Shown piece by piece: positions 35,690 to 48,966 of a stretch of DNA of 63,525 nt. Position 1 is the first letter of the stretch, and the number at the start of each line of letters is the position of its first letter. Source of the stretch: Gnetum montanum (taxonomy: Eukaryota; Plantae; Gnetophyta); the NCBI GenBank assembly GCA_015680685.1, contig MNCI01000970.1:549710-613234 (forward strand), written 5' to 3'. The translations under genes were made by a program, and so were the position numbers. The notes beneath the pieces are model-generated. The model was not told the origin of the DNA, did no database searches, and worked only from the letters and a program-made list of their open reading frames with translations.

Positions 35690-38600
35690 GCTCATGGAAA
35701 GGTTTAGTTTGTTGGATGTTGACCAATTGTTTCTTATTTGGGCTCTCAGGTTTATAGATCATCATGGCCCTAGAAGAAAAAGTCTCATAAAAAATATAAG
35801 GTCCTTCCCACAATGTTCGGAACTTAGTTTGTTGAGGTATGTGTGTGGGGTTCTAGTAGAGAACTTTATCTCCTAGTTGAAATTTGACTTTTCTAATTTT
35901 CAAGTCATGATGCTTTTTGTTATAGACCTTGTGCAACTCATTAGATGATAGGGTTACTAATCGATTTTCATCTAGCAAGTTGAGATTCATGAGTCTTTCT
36001 TTTGGGCTAGACTTAAGTCAAGGTCAAGGTCACAAGCCATTGAAAGTATACAGAGTTCTGATTGAATAGGAAGTGTTGGTAGTTTGCCGTACATAAGCTC
36101 ATATAGAGAGTAGCGTATAGGAAGTTTCCAAGTTGAGTGGTAGGCCCAAATGACATCATTGAGTTTTGTGCTCCAGTCCTTCCTATACTTGCTAAAATTT
36201 CTTGTTAGTATTCGTGTGATTTCCCTATTAGTAATCTTAGCTTGACCATTAGCTTGGGGATGGTAAGGTGCTGTGAGTTTGTGTTCAACCCCCAAGCATT
36301 ACATGAGCTTTTGAAAAGTAGTGCTTATAAAATGAGTTCCATTGTTAGAAATTAATGCATGTGGCATACTAAACTTGTTTACAACATTTTTTTGTACAAA
36401 CCGAGTGGTAGTTGAAGATGTACAGTCGATGACGGCTGTTGCTTCTGCCCATTTCGTACAATAGTCAACGGTTATTATGATGTACGCCTTTCCATTTGAT
36501 ATGGATGTGATGGGACCCATGAAATCAATGTCCTAAGTGTCAAATGGTTCTAATGGTTGAATCTATTATTGAGGTCCCTCCATTTGAGCAATCATTTCAC
36601 CATCTCATTGGCATTGTTCACAAGAGTGGATGAAATGGTGAGCATCCCTAAAGACTAGTCAAGTGCTTGTAGAATTGGATTTTTCATGAGCCTTTCTTTT
36701 AGTTGCTAGAATGCTTTTCACATTTCGAGATCTAGACAAAAGGAGCATCTTTCTTTGTTAGCTCAACCAATGGCTTTGTGATCTTAAAGAAATTCTCTAT
36801 GAATCGTCGATAGTAGCCAGTGTGTCCAAGGAATGATTGAACATTTTTAACTATTTCTGGCTAGTAGGTTATTCCTTGGATAACACTTATTTTTTTAGGA
36901 TCCACCTCAATTCCTACTTGTGAGATTTTGTGCCCCAGTATAATGCCCTCTTAGACCATGAGGTGACTTTTCTGCCAATTGAGCCATAAGTTGGTTTCAA
37001 CACACCATGTCAGCACTTGCGCAAGGTGGTCCAGGGCTTGCTCAAATATAGCTCCATAGGTGGAGAAGTCATCCATGAAGACTTCTACACCACTACTAAT
37101 ATACTGTTGAAAGATGCTCAAGACTAGGTGTTGAAATGTGGCAAGAGCATTGCATAGACCAAATGGCATCTTATGATATGCAAAAGTCCCTCAGGGACTT
37201 GTAAACATTGTCTTTGCTTAGTCCTTTGGTGCAATTTGAATTTGGTTATAGCCACTATAACCATCTAGGAAGCTGTAGTAGCAATGCCCTAATATTATGT
37301 CTAACACATGGTTAACAAATGGTAATGGAAAATGATCCTTGAATGTTGCCATATTTAGTAACCTAAAATCGATGCAGACCTGCTAGTTACCACCTTTCTT
37401 TGGTACAATTACGAATGGACTAACCCGCTTACTATCCACAATGGGATAGGTGATCCTCGTCTTGAGGAGTTGCTCAATTTCCTCTTTGACGATTTACTTT
37501 AATTTTGGGTTCAACCGCCTCTATGGTTATCATTTTGGCTTCATGGCTGGGTTGGTGTAAATGTGATGTTAGCATATCCTAGGATCAATCCTTGTGAGTT
37601 CAGGATATAACCAAGAAAAAGTTGCTAACCATCTTTCAACTACCTTCAACAGCATCTCGTTCTATTCTGGAGCAAGTCTTGCATTGATTATAACCAACTT
37701 CTTATTTTTAAAAAATACATATTCCATTCTAGCTGGTAATGTTTTTAATTCAAGTGGCTCTTGATTAAATTTCCTAGAAATTTCTAACTCTCCCTAGTGA
37801 GTATCATCATTTGTATCTTCAAAGAGTTGGTGATGAACTTGCTTGAGTTCATCCATGATTGTGACATACTCACATGTCAAGCTCTTAGCTAGTTCCATGC
37901 AAAGTGTGCAGCTTTCTAAATCAGTGGTCAAACACTGAGTACCCTCCTATTTTTTGGTTTCTACATATAGACACCTTTGAATTTCTACTTTTGGCACATA
38001 CTGCTTATATGTAGGGATGGGTGCTTACTTGATGGTCTAGAGTTTTTGCACATGATTGCACCCACTATCACTGTACGTAATGCATGGAACTCTCTTCTTC
38101 TCGATCTTTCCAAATGCATTTTCTTTAGATATCTCCAAAGGAAGATCTCTAATGCACATTCTTGCATTGACGGTGCTTAGCCATGCCCTTCTCATTATGA
38201 TTGGGAAGTCGCCTTTGTAGTTCTCCACTTTGATTACCAAGAAATTGGCAGGATAAGACCACCCACAAACAATGATCACAATGTCTTCTACCAGTTCCAA
38301 TGAAACAGTGATGGATTGGTTTGCCAATTCTAATTTCATGTTGCTCTTCTTGAGAGGAGGGAGGTTCCAAGCAGTGTACATCTCATGAGAAATAAAATTA
38401 ACACCAGAACCTGAATTAAGAAGAGCCTTGCGTGGTTCATTCCTAGCAATCTGCAAATAAATCAAAGGACGTCCAGGATCGGCTAATTTCTTGGGAAGGT
38501 TTCTTACATGGATCCAATTAGACATAGTATGTGTGATCATTACAGTATGGATCCTTGGTAGAGTTTGGTTTGAAGGAGGGCTGAAGGAATTTGATATGGA

Positions 38601-41000
38601 GGAAGAGGCAAGAGCAGGGCTGTCAACCGTGGGTGTAGGTGAAGGCTTAGGTGGACTATAGGGTTGAAAGAAAGGTCTTTTCTTTGATTAGGAATTTGAC
38701 CCTTCCGATTGATGATTGGATTGCAAATTAAGAGCCCTTGTAGCATTGTGTTATTGTGGTTGAGCAAGTAGTTCCCCCTGCATAGGAGGAGTAGGTGGTA
38801 GCTATGCAACTAGAGGAGGAGTGTGTGTAGGGACAGGAGGACGATAAGGATAGGAGGTGGCATCCCTTCTTTCATGTGGAGAAGGAGTTCGATAGTAATC
38901 AAAAGGATGGTAGTAAGGCTGAATATTAGAAATGTGACTAGGAGAGTCATGTGGAGACATGGGTTGCTAAACATGGTAACTATATGGATTAGGCTACTGG
39001 TAAGGATATTGTTACCTTGGTGGTGCAAATGCCCATGATTGTGGTTGTTGCCATTATTGGTACTATTCATATGATTGCGGCAGAGCTCTACTTGGATAAT
39101 ATAGTTGTTGCTGGTAGAACTACCTAAGATTACCTTGAGGATAAGGCAACCTTATAGATGTTTGCCTTAGTGTAAGTCATGGATGTAAGGCATACACCCC
39201 TGACTCCTAAAGATGTGACACAATGGAGTAATATCCCTTAGGATGTTCATACTAACAGATGTCACATCCATGATCATCACTTGATTCACTATCTGCAACC
39301 TCTTCTATTGCAGCAAATTTACCCTTACCTTTGTAATATGCATGTTCAACTTCCTGGTGCCTCTTGTGCTCATGGTCACTACCTTGTTCTCTAGACTCTT
39401 CAACGATTTTGAGGACAACTTGAAATCTGCTATCCATGGAGTTCCTTAACTGATCAACCTTGGCCATAAGTTTAGATTGGAATTGTTGAAGTGGCAATAC
39501 TGTCTTATGCATCCCCTCATTAAATATGGGTTTGTCCTCACTTTCGCAAAATTGAACCTCCCTCTTGCAGATGGAAGGATCACAGTTGTACTCTTTTGCA
39601 CTTTCTCTTTTTCTTAGTTCACCCTCCTCTTTGGCAACCTACTTTATTAATCTTTGTACTTGATGGGTAGTTAGTTTTGATAATCGCCCTTGGGCCTAGA
39701 CACTAAGGGTTTTCCTCAATTCATTACGAAGTCTATCTACAATGTGGTGAAGTTGAGCCAATTGAGAGTAACCATGGCTAGGACATTTGTGCATCAAGGC
39801 ATAGTATCGGCCAATGGTAACATCCTAGGGTTCGTGTGTTCCTTGTTTCCACCCTTGAATTTGCTTGCTTAAGTTGGATACCCTAGAGTACGTTTGATAC
39901 TTATCATTGAACATACTCCATCATCTAATAGATTCTAGTTCTAAGGATTGATATCAATTCTCTGCTTCTTTAATGAGTGTCCTAGGGAACAACTTCAGTT
40001 TCTACCTCTCGTTCTCTATGTTTTCCAAGGCACATGCATCTTGAAAAGCTTGAATATGATTTTGTAGATAAAAGTTATATACTCCTTAAAATTGAGGAAT
40101 ATTGTTCATGTCTAACCATTTGATTTGATTATCTTTTACATGCCTTGTTTGGATTTTGATTGCCTCTATGATGTTAAGCATACTTCAGGTAGCAAGTAGA
40201 GGCTCATTGAGGCCTTGATCATGGTGCCTATGATGCCCTCTACTACCCCTTTGTTCATGATGATGTGCCTCTCTTGAACATTTGTGCCCTTGTTCTTGCT
40301 TGTCTTGATGGTCCCTTTGATTATCGTGGTCTCATCGGTCATTTCATTCATTTTTGTTACATCCATCATGATCTCACCTTCTACAATCACGATTAGAGCT
40401 AGAAGATGATGATGATGATGATGATGAAGGGGAAGAGGAAGGAGAACCAACACTATCATGGTGCCTACTACCTCCTCTTCGACGATCTTGACCATGATCA
40501 TGGCCTTGCTTCTTGTCTACATCCCTGTCTTGGCTTGTCCCTTCAGATCCTTCTTTATCATTGGATCCTTTGTTACTAGAACCAGGATTGTGAACTGTGG
40601 AGTGTAGATTCTAGTTTTGACCTTTGTCATTGAAGTCAAAGATAGGAGCATCATTGTATGAAAAACCCCCAGAGAAGGATTCTCCACTAGCTTGTTGGTA
40701 CAATAGGTATGAAGGATCGTTAAGCCCTTTTCCCTTCAAAAACTCATAGCACTATTCTAGTTGTTGATCCCACAAATGTTGTGCTTTGGTGGGATGATAA
40801 TCCCTGACATCGACATCTTTCACATTATACTCCCCATGGTGATCTTGAAGACCACATCATGGAAGCCTTTGATAGAGCATTGTAGGAGTAGCATGATCGA
40901 GTGGTAACACAATGTTGCCCTCCATGTCACACCATCGTAGCTATTCATCCTAGTGTAGGATGAAGGTGAAGTTTAACACATACTCATCAAGGTGAGTATA
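35690..41000 (-). pseudogene. gag-pol of element 1 (frameshifted, RNase H deleted)
   Basis: Fragmented ORFs at 38037-38540 (PR), 36951-37169 (RT), 36299-36520 and 35987-36295 (IN). Confidence 0.9.
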
Positions 41001-41247
41001 TATGATTTGGTACTGTTGAGGCTTTGTCGAATGAACATTATCAGCCTTGGGCAGAGAAACACTCCTATGAGAAAAAGACATTTTTGGTTAACAAAATAAA
41101 AATAAAAATCACACTGTGCTTTGAGAATTTGTTGTAGTAATTGTAAAATAAGATATGATTCTTAGGTTCATTCCAATGATTTTAGTACTTTCACTAGGTC
41201 CTAGATAGCACACAAAACAACAAAAAGGTCCTCAGTAATGATGCCAA

Positions 41248-42121
41248 GGATGAGCGAAGAGGTACCCCTACACCCAACCATATGAATCACTAAGGTGTTA
41301 CACGTGATCTGGTCGAATTCTATGGACTATAGTGATCTTGTACACTAGCTTCTCTAGGAAGTGAAACAACATTGAGAATATTCGTTGTCTTCCCAACTAC
41401 ACTTGTGAGGCTTAAGGGTATGGTTTAAGTGTAATTGAGGTATATGAATTTTTGTCATTTTATATTTAATGGATGTAATCGCCTACAATAAGAATAAGGG
41501 TAGAGTAGATTGAAAACTAATGCCTATTGCTTAGCTAGCCTAACACAAGTAGTTGCCCCACTTTCCTAAACGCATTTTGAACACATATAGCATTGCTGGG
41601 CTACTAAAACATTAAACATTGCTAAGTTACCAAGTACTATATGAATGCTCGAAGTGGTCGTGCTTGCATTCATTAACTGCTGAAAATAAATTGCTTAATC
41701 AAATGCATTAAAGTAAAGAGTGAGAAAGTAAAATGCATTAAAGAAAATATTAAGCTATTCTTAATGCTGCAAGGATTGTCAAAAGAGTTTGTTTTATTCT
41801 TGTTACACTGTTGCGCTAAGGTACATCAGTGCTCAAACAAAGAACTGTACACACTTTAGTCTCCTTCTACAGGCACTCAAAAATATTCTAACTTTGAGGA
41901 AAATAAACTGTAAGAGCTTTGCTACTCTAACTAAGAATGACTAAAAATTAAACTAAAAACTGACTCAAAATGGGAGCCCAGGTGTGGTATTTATAGACTT
42001 GAGGAATATACCCTGACGTTGAATATGCAACATTGGACCAAGGCCTCAACATCACGTATGTGACATTGTAGATCCAATGTCATGTACCTGATGTTGCGAC
42101 CAACCAAAACACATTTCATCA
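41248..42121 (-). repeat. 5' LTR of element 1
   Basis: Begins TGATGAAATG on the minus strand; TATAAAT at ~41995; followed by the PBS at 41229-41247. Confidence 0.9.
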
Positions 42122-45100
42122 GCTTCCTAATTAGACAAGGAAATGGAAGTGTAGGCTCCCCTAATTTCTTCTCCTCAAATCTTCTTTATATTTCTAGGAA
42201 GAGTAAATAGACTATAGTTTCTTGAAATTTTTCAATTAAAATGATACTTCCTCTAGCAACATATGTTAATATCTTATTCAACCTTTTTGTAGGAAATATT
42301 TGATAAGTACCAATTTTAAAATAGATTTTCTTTATAGTGGACATCTCATTGTGCTCCTTATCTTTACTTCTCTAAGCTCTTTCTAGCCAAAGATTTCTTG
42401 CTTCTGTATCTAATCTAGTGGAAATTTGAGCTATCATGGCACTAAAATTTAGTAGATTTAATGCTTTAGCAATGGATTCTATTAATTATAGCACTGTAAC
42501 TCCTTCAATCTTCACTACAACATCATCTTGTTTATTTTGCCTAAATTTGTATGTTTCTCCTAAGTACTACTCATAATTTGTTGAAAATGTTGACCAAATT
42601 AATGATGCCTAAAGTTGTTCTTGTACCTCTCCTAGGAAGAACTCTTAAAATGGTCCAAAATTCATCTCTACAATGACTATAGACATTATATATTTTCACT
42701 AATAACATTAACACAATCCTTTGAGATGATGAGTTATCTATTAGGTTCAAGAGGTAGCAAAGGTTCTACAACTTCTACTTGCACAGATTCACCTATTTGT
42801 CATGTTGGCTATTAGATAGAAAAGTATTATTCTTCTTACTCTTCTACTTATGGCTAGTTTCCTCCTTTTGCTCGTCCTCTCTATCCTCTTGTTCTCTTTT
42901 TTCTTAATTTTGATGGACCTTTGACATCAAGGATTTTCTTTGGTGCCATTTGTAATCATTAGTGGGATTATTAATAAGTCAAAAAGTTTTGGAAAATTCT
43001 AATCAATTTAAACCCTTCCATGAATTTTTGGTTTTGATTAGAATTCCAAATAAAAATAAAAAATTCTCTACATCATGATTATAGTGTTGAAAATTTGTCA
43101 TTCTATGAAAAGGCATAATTTTTAGTTTGGTAAAAATTAGAAAAAATTCAATCATTACCGAAACTTTTAGATTTATTATAAGAATTTTAAAAATTTTAAA
43201 CTAACAAGAATCATTGAATCATTTAAATATTTTTTCCCGATTAGGAAATCATGGTCAAGAGCTATCTAATTTGTCAAAAATACACTATGTTCCTAGGAGA
43301 TGCAAATTTAGTTTTGATGTTATCAATTAAGTTTGGTCTCAATCAAATTAATCAAATCAATGCATTTAACCCTAAAATGAAATGAATTAGAACATTAAAT
43401 ACAAGATTAGTATGAATGTTAGGTTAGTACCCTTTAACATTAAACACAATGTTAGTGAATTTTCCATATTCATGTAGCATTTTCCCATGATAGAAAGGCA
43501 CTACTCTAGGAGCTTTAGGATTTGAACATGATAGAAATCAGATTCCTAGTTGAAGAGAAATGGCTTTTGGTGTCTCTCTTCTATGATCACATTATAAGAT
43601 ACTAGGCTTGAACCACTACTAGAACATCAAGAATAGGAAGACCTAGGAAGAATGCACAAAAAATATTACCAATCCATTTGCAAGGTAAAAATTTCAATAG
43701 AGTCTTGCTTTTTTGTGGACTACGAGAGCAAAGGAAAAGAGAATAACATAGGAAGTAAAGAACAAGATAAAGTTTGGGATCCCTTAACTTTATATAGGGT
43801 CATTGATATAGGGGGTGCGCTAGCGTAGGGGTGCCAACACCCTTACGTTGATGTAAGGGTGCATTAACATACCCACCCATCCCTGGAACCAAAGTAAGAA
43901 AAAATCATCAAACTCTATGCCCCATGCATTCTACTCACCTTGAATTACCCAAGAGCATTGTTTGAGACCCGTGCCATGTCAGGATCACCTAGGATTAACC
44001 TCACAAGGGTTACAAGGAGCAAAATAAGAAGAATATTATAAGCTTATGTTAGATGATGTCATGGCTCATGGGAAAGAAGTCGATATATCAATATGTGCAT
44101 TTCCATGAGCCCAGGGCTAGAAAAGAGGGGTTAAAATAGTAGAAGAATGATTTTCGCACCAAGAGTAATAAAATATAGGCATAATTAAGGTGGATCAATT
44201 GAGTTTAGTATGGTCAAACCTTGAAGCATGAAGAGTCAATTCTTACATAAATGGAAGACTAATCAAGTACCATATGTAATATAATCCTTACCATCACAAG
44301 GAGATTAGCTTTTGTCAAGTTACATATGATGCTTACCCACAAAGGATTTACAAGTAAGTCCTCCTTAGAGTAAGCACTTGCCTTCATTACCTTTGTGAAA
44401 CCCATTGATGAGATACCCATGAACTCTCAACAAGTAGTGAGACATTATTATCAAATGTGAGTTCATCCCCTTGGATGACTAGATGTTGTCTTTTGTGTTG
44501 CTCGATGAACTCCCCATTATACACAACCATGGAAAATAATGAAATAGAAGATATGGAGAGCCAATAATGGATAAGAAGGAGAGAAAGGAAGATAGTGCAA
44601 CATCACCATATCCCTAGCCAATCATTCAATTAGCTCATTGAGCATGTGAGCATGTCTTACATAACATGAGAGATTTGTTACCGCATCCTTTTATTGCTAC
44701 TAATCCACACAATAGGGGTTGACCTCCAAGACTTCCTTTGAAGCACCAAGTCACATCTTCCTGATCTAGTCTCATCTAGCATTGATTGTTCCACAATCTA
44801 ACCATTTGTGTGAACCAAACCAAGGTTATGTGCCACCAAACATCCAAAAGTTAAGATTTCGATTTGGGTTTCCTTCTTCCATGCACGTATGCATGATAGG
44901 CTCTCCAAATTTGGCTTTACTAAAATCCTTCCATCGATCCCCTGAGTTGCACTAATAGTCCCACATCTCAACAAGAAGCACACCACCTGAACCATCAGGA
45001 AAAAACTTTTTGAATTTGAATTTTGGTCAAGGATGGGGTCAACAACAAAGATAGTTGACCCTTGGAATAAATGATTAGGGACTTGGGGTAAAAGCAATAA

Positions 45101-48100
45101 TTGACATTAACAAGGTCCACAAAGAAAGAGACTTTTAGGCCTTCATGGCCATGGGTGAGGATGGATGAAAAATCATCTTAGAAAGCAACCTTATGAGAAG
45201 TCTAATGATCTAGGAAATGGGTTGAACATGAGAAAGGTTTGCATCATCTTAGGTTTAATGAATTTGATGTGAGCAAGTATGAGGTTAGTTTGGATGGTAA
45301 GCATGCTAATTAATACAACTGATAAGCCTAAAAGTACATTACTCTTCCCATCACCTCTTTACTTTTCTTTTCTTTTTTCTTTTTTCTAATACTTTTTTTC
45401 TATTTTTTTCAAATATTTTTTTCTTTTTCATTTAATAGGAAGAGGGTTTTTTGATGGAGCATGGAAATCATGGGAATGATTAGAATGCCAGATCACCACT
45501 TGGAGTCTTTGACTTGCATGAATGTGAGAATTCATCATCCACCACATGATACGTATAGGTTCATGAAATCATGAACTTCTTTTGGCCAGGGTGGCCTAGT
45601 AAGGCACCACATATACTTTGGTCTAATAGATCCATCCAACAATCACAAGGATCCTCCGTGACACATCCTTTTCATACCAATGACTAGGAACTCTTTCCAA
45701 GATTTTGCAGCTCACACCCTAAGTTATGGACCCATCACCTACCCATGGTTTTAGTAGCAATAGGTTCAATAGCTTGTAGTGTGAGTCCTTGCTTCTTGTT
45801 GAATCTAAGCTTGGTTCACTAGTGATGGATGAAAGAAAAGTGGTGGATGCATATCATTGCATGGATATTTTATTATTCAAACCTCCATGTTGGATCCATT
45901 TGTCACTCTTACATCATCATTGCATATGTAGCTCATCCATTTATCATTAGCTCCTTGGATGAACATTCATAAAGTTTCTAACTAGTTTTATCACACACAT
46001 AAACAAAAACACTCCAAAGAAAAGGAAATTTCATAACTGATTATTTGTTAGGCTAAAAAAGGATAAAATTATAACTAAGCACACTAATTCTTATTAATTG
46101 CACAAATAGAAATAGCAGAAAAATAAAAATTTAACATGATGTAAAGAATTTCTTCTTCATGACTGATCCATGTCTATCACCTAAGAAATCTTTGAGTATT
46201 AAGTTGCGCATTAAACACATTCAAATGTAAAAGATGTGCATTAGAATATACCAAGTGTTTCCCCAAAGATGCTCTATCTGGCTTATATGAATGATGCAAG
46301 TCTATGGTGTAGTAAGACTAGGAAGGGTCACATAATATTCTCTTGTATTATATCCTTGGAATCTCATCCCTTCTGCTAATCTCAAGGTGGAGGTCTTGAA
46401 AAGCCAACTTGGCATTAGTAGTGCTTAACCAGGCTCTTCCCATGATAATAGGAAGATTCTCTTCCAACTTATCTTTTGATTTGAGTATTGAGGAATCAAT
46501 GGAATATGACTAACCTACAATAGAAGTGGTTACATTACACACTTGTTCCATGGGATGTATATAAGATTGATTGTCTAGCATTAGGCAAACATTAGTACAC
46601 TTGAGGAGAGGAAGCCCCCAATCAAGGTATTATTGGAGTGAAATGAGATTCACTCCTAAATCAAAGTCACAAAGAACTACATAATTACCTTTTTTACCAA
46701 TCTGAATCTCCACCATGGGACTACCAAGACCTGGTTGCTTTCTGGACAAACATTGCTCTTTAATTGCCCATGCTACTACTACAGACATAGAGTTGGTGAT
46801 AACATCATCATCATGTGTCATCATGCTATCCCTACTATACTTAGCAATGGAACTCATTCTAGAAGTAGATATTATTGCTAAATTATGATCAAGGATGTTT
46901 CTTGAGACCTCATAAGTATGAGCTTTCATTTTGTTTGAATGACTTTCCTCTCTATAAGGTGGAGAGAAGGATATAGATCCGGTTTAGCGATTCTCACATT
47001 TGTGCTTACAACAAAATTTCCTACTGCAGGATCTCAAACATCGCCCTACAACCAAATCAATAAATGTTTGGTAATATTGCCTAGATGCATGGATACAGGC
47101 TAGATCAATACCATAGATAATATTACATGGTTTAACTTGCCTTGATTGTGGTTGACTAGGTATCCCATCTTGCATGGTATCAAGAAGTAGAAGTTGCTAC
47201 TTGGAAGCTTAGTTTTGGTCTCATGATTAGGGTCACAAGAAATGAAGGTGTTCTTCAAACAAGATTTAGGTGCTTGCTAGTCTCTGGCAACACCCAAAGC
47301 TCAGATACCTTTAAATAGACTCAGTGGTTATGAAATGAACTAAATGTAAGTACATGTTTACTATTGTAAATGTTGAAATGGTTAGGTTATGTATGAAATT
47401 GTAATTGACTATCATAAAAGAAATTTAGCTAACATTGTCAAATATTGTGAGTTGTTGAAGGTTCCTATTTTGTCAAATCACTTAGTCTATATAGTCCCTA
47501 TATTATATTACTTGTAACAAATAAAATTTCACAAAAATGTTTGAGCACAATTTTGCCAATCTACTCTTAATTTTTCCTAGAGAGAAAATTTCACAAGAAA
47601 ATTAGAAATAGAGTGAGATTCAATGGGTTTAAAAAAGAGAAAAGAAACAAAAGTAGATTCGTGTGGGATCATAAATATTTAAGCAAGATAAATTGACATG
47701 AGGAAACACTTCGTAATAAAGCTATTCCAATTTAATCTATTATGAATTGTCCAAACCCTCTAAGCTCAACAAGCAATTTCATAAAAGACACTCTTATTTA
47801 ACTATCAAAATGCTTTGTAAACAAAAAAGTACAAGCTTCTAGTTGGCTAGTTAAAATTGGTCAAGAATTGCAAATAATAGAACTTCTAGAAAAATTTGAC
47901 AATTTTTAGATTGCAATATTAAGGCAATAAACTTTAAAAATAAAGAAGCTATTTTAGTCATCTCAAAGTGTCAAAGATTTTATAGATTCCCTAAACTTAA
48001 ATAGGCAATGTCTATAAGACATTGCTATTAAATTGATCAAGATGCTTTTCTAGCACAACATAAGCTCCTATTTGGAAAACCTTAATAGAAGTATAATATT

Positions 48101-48966
48101 ATGCAAAAACAAAGCTATAAAGGCAATCTAGAAAAATCCCAAAATTAAATGCCAAACATGATACTATCTAAATCATTAGCTATGTAATTAAAACAAAATG
48201 GGAATAGATGAGCTCACAAGATTATAATAAAGTAGTTGAATTGATGTCTTTAACAAGCCATGCTTTACAATCCTCAATATTCTTCTAAGTATCTTTTTTC
48301 CAAAATCCCCCATTCTTGAATTCTACATTTGAAGACTTTTTATAGTGACCTTAAGGTAGTTACAATTATTGAGAAGTTGAGGTAAGTTACAAACATTATG
48401 GGGGTTGGTTATAAACACCATATGAATCAATAATAATTAGTTATAACCACCATGGAATTATAACCATAATTGCCAAGTGTCCTTTTTTGGTAGTTACAAC
48501 CACCAAGGTAGTTAATTATAACTATCATAGCTTATTGACAAGTGTTCAAGATCCAATGCTAGATCATATAATGAATTGAGAGGTAATGTAAAAAATAGGA
48601 GGAAAATGTATCTAAAACAACTAAAAATTTTATATTGATATTAATGAGAAAATACATAGTGAGAGAGTATAGCTCTGCAAATGTTATACAAATTCTTGTG
48701 TAATAGCTATTGAAGCTTTGACATGCAGATGTGTAGTGAGTGTCTTGTTGTCCTTCTAAAACATGTCTAGCTTGCTTGATTTACAGGTTGTAACAGGTTC
48801 TCAATGTTCTCAATGATTAGTGCTAGGAAATGACTTCAAGACTTAGATCTTTGCTTTGCTCCAAAAGTCTAAAGTTTTGGAGAGTTCAAATGATTAAAAA
48901 AATCTTTAAAATGATTTCAATTCTTGTTTAAATAGGCCATGGTTTGTTATTTCCATGTTGACTTGG

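Larger units (their letters stand above)
32836..42121 (-). mobile_element. Complete but decayed Athila-like Ty3/Gypsy LTR retrotransposon (element 1), TSD GCTTC
   Basis: LTRs 32836-33668 and 41248-42121; GCTTC at 32831-32835 and 42122-42126; eroded tRNA-Asp-type PBS TTGGCATCATTACTGAGGA; gag CX2CX3H knuckle (~39250); protease ALLNSGSGVNFIS; RT MPFGLCNA and VFMDDF; integrase PYHPQANGQA and WEGPY. Confidence 0.93.
29690..47330 (-). mobile_element. Old, heavily decayed Athila-like Gypsy host element (3' LTR ~29690-30254; extra 3' ORF; integrase and protease remnants); 5' LTR not found
   Basis: The LTR/PPT junction TTATCA|TACCCCCACAACT...AAAACTTGTCCTTGAGT at 30254 matches the one at 33668. Protease remnant VLCDFDLGVNLIS...PIIMGRAWLST at 46370-46750; integrase C-terminal remnant at ~45530-45920; split by the 32836-42121 insertion. 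Confidence 0.6.

Noticed and set aside
40166-40501. His-rich ORF as a metal-binding protein
   Set aside because: It is an alternative frame of the Ser/Arg-rich low-complexity region of the decayed gag; an equivalent segment exists at ~57230-57360.
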